64,000 bases of DNA from Candidatus Thorarchaeota archaeon (GTDB taxonomy: Archaea > Asgardarchaeota > Thorarchaeia > Thorarchaeales > Thorarchaeaceae), in assembly GCA_046758445.1 (NCBI GenBank), contig JBHIAE010000008.1, forward strand, positions 1-64,000, given 5' to 3'. Numbering within the stretch: position 1 is the first letter of the stretch; every line of letters begins with the position of its first letter. Below the pieces are notes generated by a model. The model was not told the origin of the DNA. It did no database searches and worked only from the letters and a program-made list of their open reading frames with translations. Made by a program: the position numbers and the translations under genes. This document shows positions 28,287-36,927 of this stretch, piece after piece.

Positions 28287-30503
28287 TTAGGGCGTGCTGA
28301 GGCTCTGACGGCTCGAATCTGCAAGGTTGGACAGTTCTGATGAGATGGTTGCTACTTCCTTGCGATTGTCCCCCACAAGAACTGCAGATACACATGTGAG
28401 TGATCCACTTGCTCCACCGGACAGGGCAACGCGAATATCCCCTTTCTGTAGCAGAACAAAGGAGAAACCATCTCCATGGTCGATTGAGTCAAGTGTCATA
28501 CCAGAATCACTGAGGGCTTTGACGACTTCCTCAAATAGGAGATGAGGCTCTACGTCACGCTTCATAATGGCACTGGTTTCTCTGTGTAGTGTCTTAGTCC
28601 CAAAGAGAAACTCGTGTGTGACAGGAGAATAGAGTACCTTACGAGTGATCGCCTTGCTAAGGAGCGACTCCGAGATGAGGCCGAAGCGACGTATCGACAC
28701 TTCACTTCCATCAATCAATGCAGGGGTGTATTCGTCGAATGGTTCGACCTCAGGCAGCTCCCACTCTAGGGCGGTTCCTGGAACGGCATCTTCTTCTCTA
28801 GGAGATGATTCCTCAGTCAGGTTGAACTCCTGAATCTGTCGCTCAGATAGAGTCTGAATGTACTCTCTCATCCAGGTATCTAGGAGTTCCCAGTCTTCTT
28901 TGCTGAGTTTTAGTGGAGGTCGAGGAACCTCAGGTAGCTTCTCTACCAACTCCTCAAAGGCCTCTGGCCCAGCATCCACTTCCACTCCTGACGGATCTGA
29001 CTCTTCAGGAAGCGCATCCTCCGGCATCATCCTCACAGCCTCAAAAAGCGCTGATAGTCTGTCTGTTCCACCGTGTTGCGAGATGCGAGGACGAACTTGT
29101 ATCATGAAACCGCGTTTATTCTCAGTGCTCTGGTCGAAGACCATGGCAACTCCGCGAGGAAGACTGCTGATGAAGACCTTATCACGAAACTTCTCGGGCA
29201 TCACAGCAGGCGCCCTCTGTTGGAGAGCTCGGATGTCGGAATCGTGAGAGAGGGAGTGTGTAACTATGATGTCGGCCTGCGAAATCGCTTCGTCTGCAAC
29301 TGCAGAGGGTTGTTGTGTACAGAGCACAAGGCTGCAACCAAACCTACGTCCCAGCTTGGCATAGCCAACAATTGCATCTTTGGCGGGTGTGCTTCCTGAT
29401 TTCGGAACAAGCGTATGAGCCTCGTCTACAATGAGCCATGTTGGTGGCAGCTCCTCTCGCGCGCTCACTCCCTCGTCAGTCCAAGCCATTCGATATGTCA
29501 AGACCTGTCGACATAGCATGTTCGCAAGGATTGCAAGGACTGTGTCTGCGTCCGATCCAAGTGGGGCTACATCGATGATCGTGATCTGGCCAGTAACGGC
29601 GAGGTCCTGAGCGCTAGTACCTCCGGGATGAAAGACTCCAAGCCGGTCTGCACGCTTGAGCCGTTGGATCATTGCGGTTCTTGTGGCCGGCTGATATAGC
29701 TCTTCGAGTGACGGGTTTGACTCGATACACCGAATCATGTCACGAACGCTGAAGTCTCGCTTGGGGGCCACCTTCTCTCCACTATCACGCGCGTATCCTT
29801 GGAGAAGACTCTCCAGCACATCACCAATGAGGTTGTCCATGGCAGTGCTTAGCTGACCACCCTTCTCTAGGACATAGCCCCAGTCAGCCCCCGTGAGTTC
29901 CCTGGGACTTATCGCAAGGGGAAGAAGGCGCGCCTTCTCTTTGACTTCATCCGGAAGTCCTGCATAGGTTCGACGTGGAACGTAAATTGAAACAGGAAAA
30001 CCTCTAGATTCCAGACTCCATTTCTTCAATAGGTCCTCTTGGCCAGTGTTTGGCTCTACGCTCTGTCTGAACACGTCAACTGTATCGATGACTACACCAG
30101 CAACCTCAATCTCCTTACGCTCCATTGTCCGTGCCAGTTCTTCAGCGATTATCCCGAGCGTGTAGCTCTTACCGGAGCCCCTCTTTCCTGCGACGAGCAT
30201 CACATGAGGACTTACTAGGTCTAAGTACACAGGCATCCCAAGTAGCGATTCGAGAATGTCATCGGAAGATTCTGTCACCGCCCCAATCATGCCCAGGCCA
30301 GTGTGCTGGTACCTCCTGTGAAATGAGTCGGACCTGCCGATGACTACACCTACACCTAGATCTACTAGCAAGTCCAGAGGCTCTTCGACTCTAGGATGAT
30401 ATGGTAGTGCGGACATTGGAAGCAGGTCTACCAGCTTGTCTGCGACAGTCGGCTTCTTGCCTGGCTCTGGAGTTTTGTCTTCTGAGTGGTGGTACTCGTC
30501 CAA
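28287..30503 (-). CDS. HerA/DUF87-family P-loop ATPase with C-terminal extension
   Basis: Walker A GKRGSGKS, VVIDT, Walker B IVDEAH, GRRFG, TQQPS. Confidence 0.88.
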   Translation of the reverse strand: MDEYHHSEDKTPEPGKKPTVADKLVDLLPMSALPYHPRVEEPLDLLVDLGVGVVIGRSDSFHRRYQHTGLGMIGAVTESSDDILESLLGMPVYLDLVSPHVMLVAGKRGSGKSYTLGIIAEELARTMERKEIEVAGVVIDTVDVFRQSVEPNTGQEDLLKKWSLESRGFPVSIYVPRRTYAGLPDEVKEKARLLPLAISPRELTGADWGYVLEKGGQLSTAMDNLIGDVLESLLQGYARDSGEKVAPKRDFSVRDMIRCIESNPSLEELYQPATRTAMIQRLKRADRLGVFHPGGTSAQDLAVTGQITIIDVAPLGSDADTVLAILANMLCRQVLTYRMAWTDEGVSAREELPPTWLIVDEAHTLVPKSGSTPAKDAIVGYAKLGRRFGCSLVLCTQQPSAVADEAISQADIIVTHSLSHDSDIRALQQRAPAVMPEKFRDKVFISSLPRGVAMVFDQSTENKRGFMIQVRPRISQHGGTDRLSALFEAVRMMPEDALPEESDPSGVEVDAGPEAFEELVEKLPEVPRPPLKLSKEDWELLDTWMREYIQTLSERQIQEFNLTEESSPREEDAVPGTALEWELPEVEPFDEYTPALIDGSEVSIRRFGLISESLLSKAITRKVLYSPVTHEFLFGTKTLHRETSAIMKRDVEPHLLFEEVVKALSDSGMTLDSIDHGDGFSFVLLQKGDIRVALSGGASGSLTCVSAVLVGDNRKEVATISSELSNLADSSRQSLSTP

Positions 30504-30579
30504 AGGACTCCCTCAGAGTAGCCGCACTCTGAAATCGAATAAAGCTTTGTGGGAAATGCGGGCTCATGCAGTTTAGACT

Positions 30580-31023
30580 CTAATCTTCATCGTTGACCCA
30601 GGCCATGTCGGGCTCCCAAGGACTGACTGATACATCTCGCACGAACTCTTCGTCCTCAAGATACCCAGATAGCCTTTGATTCAGAAGAGCGTCTCTCAGA
30701 ATCCGCTCAATTGTTTCTCTGGGTAGATTCGATTCTCTCTGCAGTTCTGCTATAGCGACTCTCTTCCTCATGGCGGCAATCTCTAGGACGCTGTATTCCT
30801 GGCGAGCGCTTCTTGACCCTGGACCCCACAGATACGCTCCAACGAGTAAGAGAAGCAACCCTGTGATGAGAAGTATCCGCGAGATTGACGTGAAAAGGAC
30901 GTTATCCTGCATGTGGGGAAACGTAGTCCAAGCGAGAATCATCACCCCCGCAACAGCCTGCACATTGATTGCTGCTATCACTGCCCACATTCCAATTTCG
31001 TCAGGGGATCTTCCTGGCGCCAT
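30580..31023 (-). CDS. 2-TM membrane protein with C-terminal PCI-like winged helix
   Basis: Two hydrophobic helices, then RVAIAELQRESNLPRETIERILRDALLNQRLSGYLED. Confidence 0.65.
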   Translation of the reverse strand: MAPGRSPDEIGMWAVIAAINVQAVAGVMILAWTTFPHMQDNVLFTSISRILLITGLLLLLVGAYLWGPGSRSARQEYSVLEIAAMRKRVAIAELQRESNLPRETIERILRDALLNQRLSGYLEDEEFVRDVSVSPWEPDMAWVNDED

Positions 31024-31129
31024 CTTCCTATACTCCCACTCTACTGAGGGAAACCAATGCTTTTAGAGATTCGCAGCATTTGGCCATGTCGCACAACACT
31101 CAAAACACCAGCACTAATGAGAACTGTCT

Positions 31130-31909
31130 ATGCAAGACCTCATTCAAGATGGCGACCATGTCTACATTTTCCTCGACGCCAAGAGAAACTGGATCAGGAA
31201 GGTGAAAGCGGGGGAAGAGTTTCACTCAAACAAGGGCATCATCCAGTACGATGATCTGATCGGTCGTCCATTCGGTTTCAGGGTGGAGAGTCACTCAGGC
31301 ATTGTCTTTCAGGTACACCGGCCCAACCAGACCGATGTACAGATTGCAATGGGTCGAAATACACAGATTGTGTATCCAAAGGATGCCGGAACAATTCTGA
31401 TTGAAGCCGAGATAGTTGCTGGCTCCAGGGTCGTGGAATCGGGAACTGGATCAGGAGCTCTCACCGGGATTCTTGCCAGGGCAGTTGGTCCCACAGGACA
31501 TGTATACACATACGAGGTTCGGGACGACATGTTCAAGGGTGCCAAGAGGAATCTACAGCGCTACGGTCTCACTGAGAATGTTACCATGCACCACAAAGAC
31601 ATCCTAGATGGTATCGAGGAGGAATTTGTCGATGCGATTGTGTTGGACCTGGCCACTCCGTGGGAGATTGTAGACGATGCCCATCGTGCACTCAAGCCTA
31701 GTCATATGCTCGCTAGCTACAGTCCCACGATTGAGCAGTCTATGAAGACATGCAAGGCTCTCGCAGAAGCAGGGAAGTGGGGCATGGTGAAGACTTTGGA
31801 GGTCCTTCAGCGAGAGATAATGGTACGAGAAGGAAAGACAAGACCCACAACGTGGATGGTAGGTCATACTGGATACATGACATTTGCCAGGGCAATGATT
31901 GTGTCATAA
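31130..31909 (+). CDS. trmI: tRNA (adenine-N1)-methyltransferase
   Basis: RNTQIVYPKD, ESGTGSGALT, LDLATPW, YSPTIEQ, HTGY. Confidence 0.95.
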   Translation: MQDLIQDGDHVYIFLDAKRNWIRKVKAGEEFHSNKGIIQYDDLIGRPFGFRVESHSGIVFQVHRPNQTDVQIAMGRNTQIVYPKDAGTILIEAEIVAGSRVVESGTGSGALTGILARAVGPTGHVYTYEVRDDMFKGAKRNLQRYGLTENVTMHHKDILDGIEEEFVDAIVLDLATPWEIVDDAHRALKPSHMLASYSPTIEQSMKTCKALAEAGKWGMVKTLEVLQREIMVREGKTRPTTWMVGHTGYMTFARAMIVS

Positions 31910-31915
31910 TTGTGA

Positions 31916-31930
31916 CCAAAACCTTATATT
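31916..31930 (+). promoter_or_regulatory. BRE/TATA-like promoter of the 31986-32747 gene pair
   Basis: CCAAAACCTTATATT about 55 nt upstream of the ATG. Confidence 0.4.
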
Positions 31931-31985
31931 GAGATGCTACGTGTGTAAACTGTCGATTGTTGTCGACTACTGTTGGTAGATTATT

Positions 31986-32360
31986 ATGTCATATCGCCAC
32001 AAGAAGTCTTCCTGTTCTAAGAAGACACGAGAGATTCTTGAAGACTTTGAGCCCCCTGAAGAGGACAAGTATGGACCAGTCCAAGTTACGGAAGCTGTAA
32101 ATGACCTTGCCTCAAGAAAGGAGTCTGATACTGCGAAGGAAAAGGAAACGAATGTCCTTCCCCCTGATGCAGAGGAAAGGCTCAGAAGTGATGATGAACG
32201 TCAGGTGCAGATCCCACCTATGCCTACGAATGAGATAGAACCTCTGGAGGACTACGTTCCTATCCAAGAGGCTAGTTTTGAGGTTGAGGCCACAAAAGAG
32301 GACATTGAGAAGAAACGGAAGAAGCGCAACTACGTGGAGTTTCGTGCTGATTATGGATAG
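31986..32360 (+). CDS. Acidic, probably disordered hypothetical protein
   Basis: Rich in E/D/P/K, with basic tail KKRKKRNYVEFRADYG. Confidence 0.7.
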   Translation: MSYRHKKSSCSKKTREILEDFEPPEEDKYGPVQVTEAVNDLASRKESDTAKEKETNVLPPDAEERLRSDDERQVQIPPMPTNEIEPLEDYVPIQEASFEVEATKEDIEKKRKKRNYVEFRADYG

Positions 32361-32375
32361 GGAGGGGACTATGCT

Positions 32376-32747
32376 ATGTCAAGGCCGAAGATTGATGATC
32401 TGCTGCATGAGATCAAGGAACTCCGAAAGACGGTTCTTGAATTGAGAGAAACAGTGCGCCAGCTGAATGCTCGAATGGAGAGAGTCAGCCAGCAGGAGAT
32501 TCCTCCGGTTGAGGTAGGAGAATATACTGTGATTTCCGATCAAGGAAGTTACATCGAGGGCGATACTAGTTGGACAAGGCTTGTCAGCCTGCTGCAAGAT
32601 GCAAACCATGGGTTGACTGCAGCCGAACTAGCGGCAATGTGGGGCAAGTCACGCTCAAGGACCAGTGAAGTCCTGAACAGGTTGGTCCATGATGGCCAGC
32701 TCGTGAAGTATAGAGACGGAAGAACAATACGCTTTCGTCCTTCGTAG
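32376..32747 (+). CDS. Coiled-coil plus winged helix-turn-helix protein
   Basis: N-terminal heptads; GLTAAELAAMWGKSRSRTSEVLNRLVHDGQLVKYRDGR; GGAGGGG upstream. Confidence 0.8.
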   Translation: MSRPKIDDLLHEIKELRKTVLELRETVRQLNARMERVSQQEIPPVEVGEYTVISDQGSYIEGDTSWTRLVSLLQDANHGLTAAELAAMWGKSRSRTSEVLNRLVHDGQLVKYRDGRTIRFRPS

Positions 32748-32882
32748 AACCCTTCCAAGGTCATTTGCCAACTCTTTTTTTGGCACTAGGCTAGATTATT
32801 CAGTGAAAGCAGTCCAGTTGTCCAAGGTAGTCTTAAGTACCGCCTCTGGGACCAATGTTCTGAAACGCAAAACAGCCATGGA

Positions 32883-35219
32883 GTGTTCGTTGTGGCGAGT
32901 GGAACGCCCGGGAAACGTGTCGACACAGGCACCGATGACGTGGAAGTCTACACGAGCAGACTCTACGATTTGAATATCCAGGCGCAGGACTCAGTAAGGG
33001 AGTTTGCTCTACATGACATCGACGACACTCCAGGTCTAGAGAAGAAACGCATTGCTATGCACGATGCTTTCAGTGAACTCTATGACGAGATTGCAGCGTT
33101 CAGTAATGAGATTCGAGGTGAAGATTTCGACATCTCCTATCTACGGGAGAGGATTACTCACGCTGACGGGGACACGAAGGAACAACTTGAGAACGCTTTG
33201 AAGGAACTCATAACAAAGGCTCAGGAAACTCTTGCAGAGGTGTGGATGGCAAAAGTGATGGCCTGGCTACACCAAGCTGCAGCCGCTAGCGGCCCATTCT
33301 TGGAGAGTGAGCATCCTGACAAGCTCAAGAGTGCCTCTGCCCATCTTGCCGAGGTCTATACGATGCTCGAGAAGCCGTTCTCGGCTGTGCCCTCAAAGGT
33401 CGACGGCACAGAGAAACTTAGGCGTGTTGCCCTAGGCCATAAGGCCTATGGCTTGATGAGCGAGGGACGCAGGAAAGGCGATAAGGATCTGGCGGAGATT
33501 CTTGGCAATAACAAGACGGCTGAGGCCGAGTTCTTTGATGAGTTCTTGAACGAATTGATTGGAAAAGAGAGTACGTTCAGGCAGGCGTTCAATCCTTTTG
33601 ACGAGCTGATTTGGCGCGACATTCTGAGCTCGTTCATCTTCGAAAAAGCCACGGACCTTTACAACGAGGCACTCCCTCATTTCATGAAGAAGAGAAAGGC
33701 CAACAAGCAGAAGATCTCCATGATCAAGTCTTGGAAGCAGAACACATCAGGCCTCAGTGAAGTGTATCTTGCAATGACCTATAATGACATTGCAGATGCC
33801 CAGATGAGAGCTGGTAATCTGGAAGATGCGTCCAAACTCTACCAAGTGTCGTCTGATGCGTTTGGACGTGCTGAGAAGTGCTTCAGAGAGGAGCTTCAGC
33901 TCCAGGAGAACGCTGAACAGTCTGGCGCGGACAAGGACCAAAAGAAAGCCCAATCGCTCTTCTGCAGAGCTGAAAACTCTGTGCAGACACTCTCGGAACT
34001 CATCAGGTTCAACAACAGAAACGAGTCAATTGCAGTTCTAAAGGACATCTTCAAAGACTTGAGAAAGGCAGAGAAGCTTGCCAAGACCAGAGAGCTCACG
34101 GCAGCAGTGAAGGCTGACCTAGCCACCTTCTCTTTTGTTGAAGACCTTCTAAAGAAGAAGAAGAAAGATGATGATCTTGTGGGTGTCGTAGAACAGATTG
34201 ACTTTGCAAAGACAATAAGGAAGACCTCACTAGTTCAGAGCCTCAGCAAAGCACTCGACGAGGCAAGCGCTCACATGACCGACGAGCCTGTTGAATCGTT
34301 GGAGGCAATCAGAGAGGGTCTTGACACTCTTGGAATACTTCTCAGCCTCGAGATTGAAGATGAAGAGGTAGGAAGTCTAAGAAACAAGACGATTGCAATT
34401 CTTAACAACGTCAAGTATGTGATACAGTTCCAGCTGAGCTCGAAGCTGCAACAGGGAGTCAAGTTCATTCTGTCCAGGATTCTTGAGAACCTTCATGCCA
34501 TGGAAGCAGCGTCCTACTTCAAGGTTCTTGGAGAAACCAATCCGGCTGAAGAGCTCACAGATCTCGGCAGACTTGCCCTAGCAACTGCGTATGCCTCCGA
34601 GGCACAGGTATATTCCAAGCAGGCCGAACAGTGGGCATTCAGAACCCAAATGGAAAGAGTCAACTACTTCGGACAGGTCCAGGATGAGATTGCGCGACTG
34701 GAGATGGAAGAAGACTCAATTGACAGCACCATAGAAGCCCATGACACTACGATAGGTCGAATAAAGCAGACACTGGCCGCATTTGAGGCAGCTGCAAATG
34801 AGCTGGACTGTGTCAAGGGAGAAGAGATTCGGAGCAAGAACAACGTGGATGTTCAAGTCAGACAGCTTGAGGCAGTCGTTATGAAGTTCAAGGGTGACCA
34901 CAGTCGCATCGAGGGTGCCAAGAGCGATTTCTTGGCCGAAGTGGAGTTCACCAAAGGATTGAAGTCGAAGGCTAAGATCCACTTCTCCGATGCAAATGAT
35001 CATCTCAGGGAGGCCTTTGGAAACTACAATGTAGCAGCCCAAGTATTCATGCAGAGTGGCGATGGTCAGGCAGCTCAAAGTGTCCAGAACAGAGCAGAGA
35101 TGGCCGATCGACTCGCTCGCGGCATATGGGACAACCGACAACGAATTGACAGGGGCCAAGATCCCACTGAAAAAGGGGAAGCAGAGCTCTCCGCCCTCTA
35201 CATGGGCGGTGGAGAATAG
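32883..35219 (+). CDS. Large all-alpha (TPR/SNAP-like solenoid) hypothetical protein
   Basis: 778 aa, helical composition; TPR-like YNDIADAQMRAGNLEDASKLYQVS and YNVAAQVFMQSGDGQAAQSV. Confidence 0.75.
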   Translation: MFVVASGTPGKRVDTGTDDVEVYTSRLYDLNIQAQDSVREFALHDIDDTPGLEKKRIAMHDAFSELYDEIAAFSNEIRGEDFDISYLRERITHADGDTKEQLENALKELITKAQETLAEVWMAKVMAWLHQAAAASGPFLESEHPDKLKSASAHLAEVYTMLEKPFSAVPSKVDGTEKLRRVALGHKAYGLMSEGRRKGDKDLAEILGNNKTAEAEFFDEFLNELIGKESTFRQAFNPFDELIWRDILSSFIFEKATDLYNEALPHFMKKRKANKQKISMIKSWKQNTSGLSEVYLAMTYNDIADAQMRAGNLEDASKLYQVSSDAFGRAEKCFREELQLQENAEQSGADKDQKKAQSLFCRAENSVQTLSELIRFNNRNESIAVLKDIFKDLRKAEKLAKTRELTAAVKADLATFSFVEDLLKKKKKDDDLVGVVEQIDFAKTIRKTSLVQSLSKALDEASAHMTDEPVESLEAIREGLDTLGILLSLEIEDEEVGSLRNKTIAILNNVKYVIQFQLSSKLQQGVKFILSRILENLHAMEAASYFKVLGETNPAEELTDLGRLALATAYASEAQVYSKQAEQWAFRTQMERVNYFGQVQDEIARLEMEEDSIDSTIEAHDTTIGRIKQTLAAFEAAANELDCVKGEEIRSKNNVDVQVRQLEAVVMKFKGDHSRIEGAKSDFLAEVEFTKGLKSKAKIHFSDANDHLREAFGNYNVAAQVFMQSGDGQAAQSVQNRAEMADRLARGIWDNRQRIDRGQDPTEKGEAELSALYMGGGE

Positions 35220-35255
35220 ACTATTCCCAGAAACGGATCGGATATAGCAGATAGT

Positions 35256-36494
35256 CTAGAGCACCGCCTGACCTAATCCAGGTAACCACTCTTCTTGACA
35301 ATGCCACCGTGCATATCTCAACAGATCCTCTACATCTGCTTCTGCGAGGTTTTTCGACATGTTATCGACAAGATTCTGAAGCATGTAATCTAGGGCAGCA
35401 GCCATGGAATCAAGATCTTTCGGAGTCGTAGTTTCTTCGAGAGCGCACTGAACTGAAACGCCATCAAGTATTCTTACTCTGGACAACCATGGATGATTCG
35501 GTATTCCGTTTGACGATATCTCGCGGATGACGTTCTGAACATTCTCGGCACCCAACAGTTCAGCACATGCATCTGCGAAGCTGTTCAAGATGCACTCATT
35601 GACAAGCACACTTTCTCGCTCAATCGATATCTTGTGAATGTGGCCGGATAGCAACAGATCACCCAGCTCATTTAGAACTGTTTCTTTCTTGCTCTCCTTC
35701 AATCCCTCATAGAAGGGCTCCAAAGGACTCCGCCCATCCAGACTGCCGACTACACCGATAGTCATGGCTGACACCCCCAAGGGATTAGAGCTGTCCAAGA
35801 TGGTGCTGAGGGCCCTATCAGAGATTTCTAGAATATCTCGTTCTGAAGGGATGTATTTTATGTGGACTGCATTATGCCAGTAGGCAACTGAAACAGTATC
35901 ACGAGTATCTTTGATAGATAGAGAGTGCTTTGCAGCGAGCTCAGACACAGCCATAGAGCCCTTCAATTCCTGAATGAGCTGGTTCACCATGGGGTAGGTT
36001 TTCGGAATCTCAAAGCGTTCAAGGGAGTCCTTCCACTCGGCTCTCCTCTTAACAATGGACTGTGGGGCGACTCTGTCTGCCACGAAGACCTTCATTACGA
36101 ACTCGTCGAACTCAGTGAAAAGCCTCCCGTTGATCCCATCTGAGTCTTTGAGAACATCAAAGCTATCCTTGAATTCTCTAACGACTCTTCGCAGCCGGCT
36201 TCGAAGCTCTGTGGTTTCTCTGGAAACAGCGAGAACACCGACAACCCAGTCGTACAACTCAACCACAAAGGTCGTGTCTGAACCATAGACGGTCTTCCAT
36301 CCCGTTTCTTCTGAACCGACGAACTCAGCAAGAAAGCTCCCCATGGCTGTTACGAATCCCGAGAGAAGTTGGGGGTCTACACCGCCAAAGATAAACTCGT
36401 GAGAGTAAGGCGCTAGGCCAGTGTGCTTGTTCAGAAGGAATAACACCTTCTCATTTGAGCTGAATTGGACAGTAGATGGCCCCGCCAACAGCAA
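35256..36494 (-). CDS. Longin-like domain protein with downstream winged-helix repeats
   Basis: LFLLNKHTGLAPYSHEF...VDPQLLSGFVTAMGSFLAE is the Asgard longin-like pattern; two wH-like segments follow. Confidence 0.7.
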   Translation of the reverse strand: MLLAGPSTVQFSSNEKVLFLLNKHTGLAPYSHEFIFGGVDPQLLSGFVTAMGSFLAEFVGSEETGWKTVYGSDTTFVVELYDWVVGVLAVSRETTELRSRLRRVVREFKDSFDVLKDSDGINGRLFTEFDEFVMKVFVADRVAPQSIVKRRAEWKDSLERFEIPKTYPMVNQLIQELKGSMAVSELAAKHSLSIKDTRDTVSVAYWHNAVHIKYIPSERDILEISDRALSTILDSSNPLGVSAMTIGVVGSLDGRSPLEPFYEGLKESKKETVLNELGDLLLSGHIHKISIERESVLVNECILNSFADACAELLGAENVQNVIREISSNGIPNHPWLSRVRILDGVSVQCALEETTTPKDLDSMAAALDYMLQNLVDNMSKNLAEADVEDLLRYARWHCQEEWLPGLGQAVL

Positions 36495-36927
36495 TTCCTC
36501 GCAAACCTATCTTGCTTCTTGTACGTTTCTTCATGAGAGGCTAGCACATACTCACTCGGACAATGACAGTTGATAGCAGATGTCCGTAGTATTGTCCACG
36601 CTAGCTCTGGGCTCCGTAAGTAGAGATTTCATTCTCGCCTCACATCGCTAATACCTGGTAGTCGCATTAGTCCCATCTTTATGGATTGACAGACTTCTAT
36701 ATCACTGTTCTCTTGATTCCACGAATTCTAAGCATTTCCAACGAGCAAAGGACGCGCAGACTGCATCTCAGATCAGGCCTAGCGATTTTGCATTGGGTCA
36801 GAGATTCTCATACCAAATGCCCTTTGGCTAGAATCCCGCTGATCTAGGTTAAAGGCCTAAGATCTGGCTTCAGATGAGGTCTACGATGGTCTACACGCTA
36901 TCTTCACTTGGGTCAGTGGGGGTTTCG

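Noticed and set aside
36495-36633. Frameshifted N-terminal extension of the longin gene
   Set aside because: It would need two separate indels and has no recognisable motif; the TTG start preceded by GAGGA is adequate.
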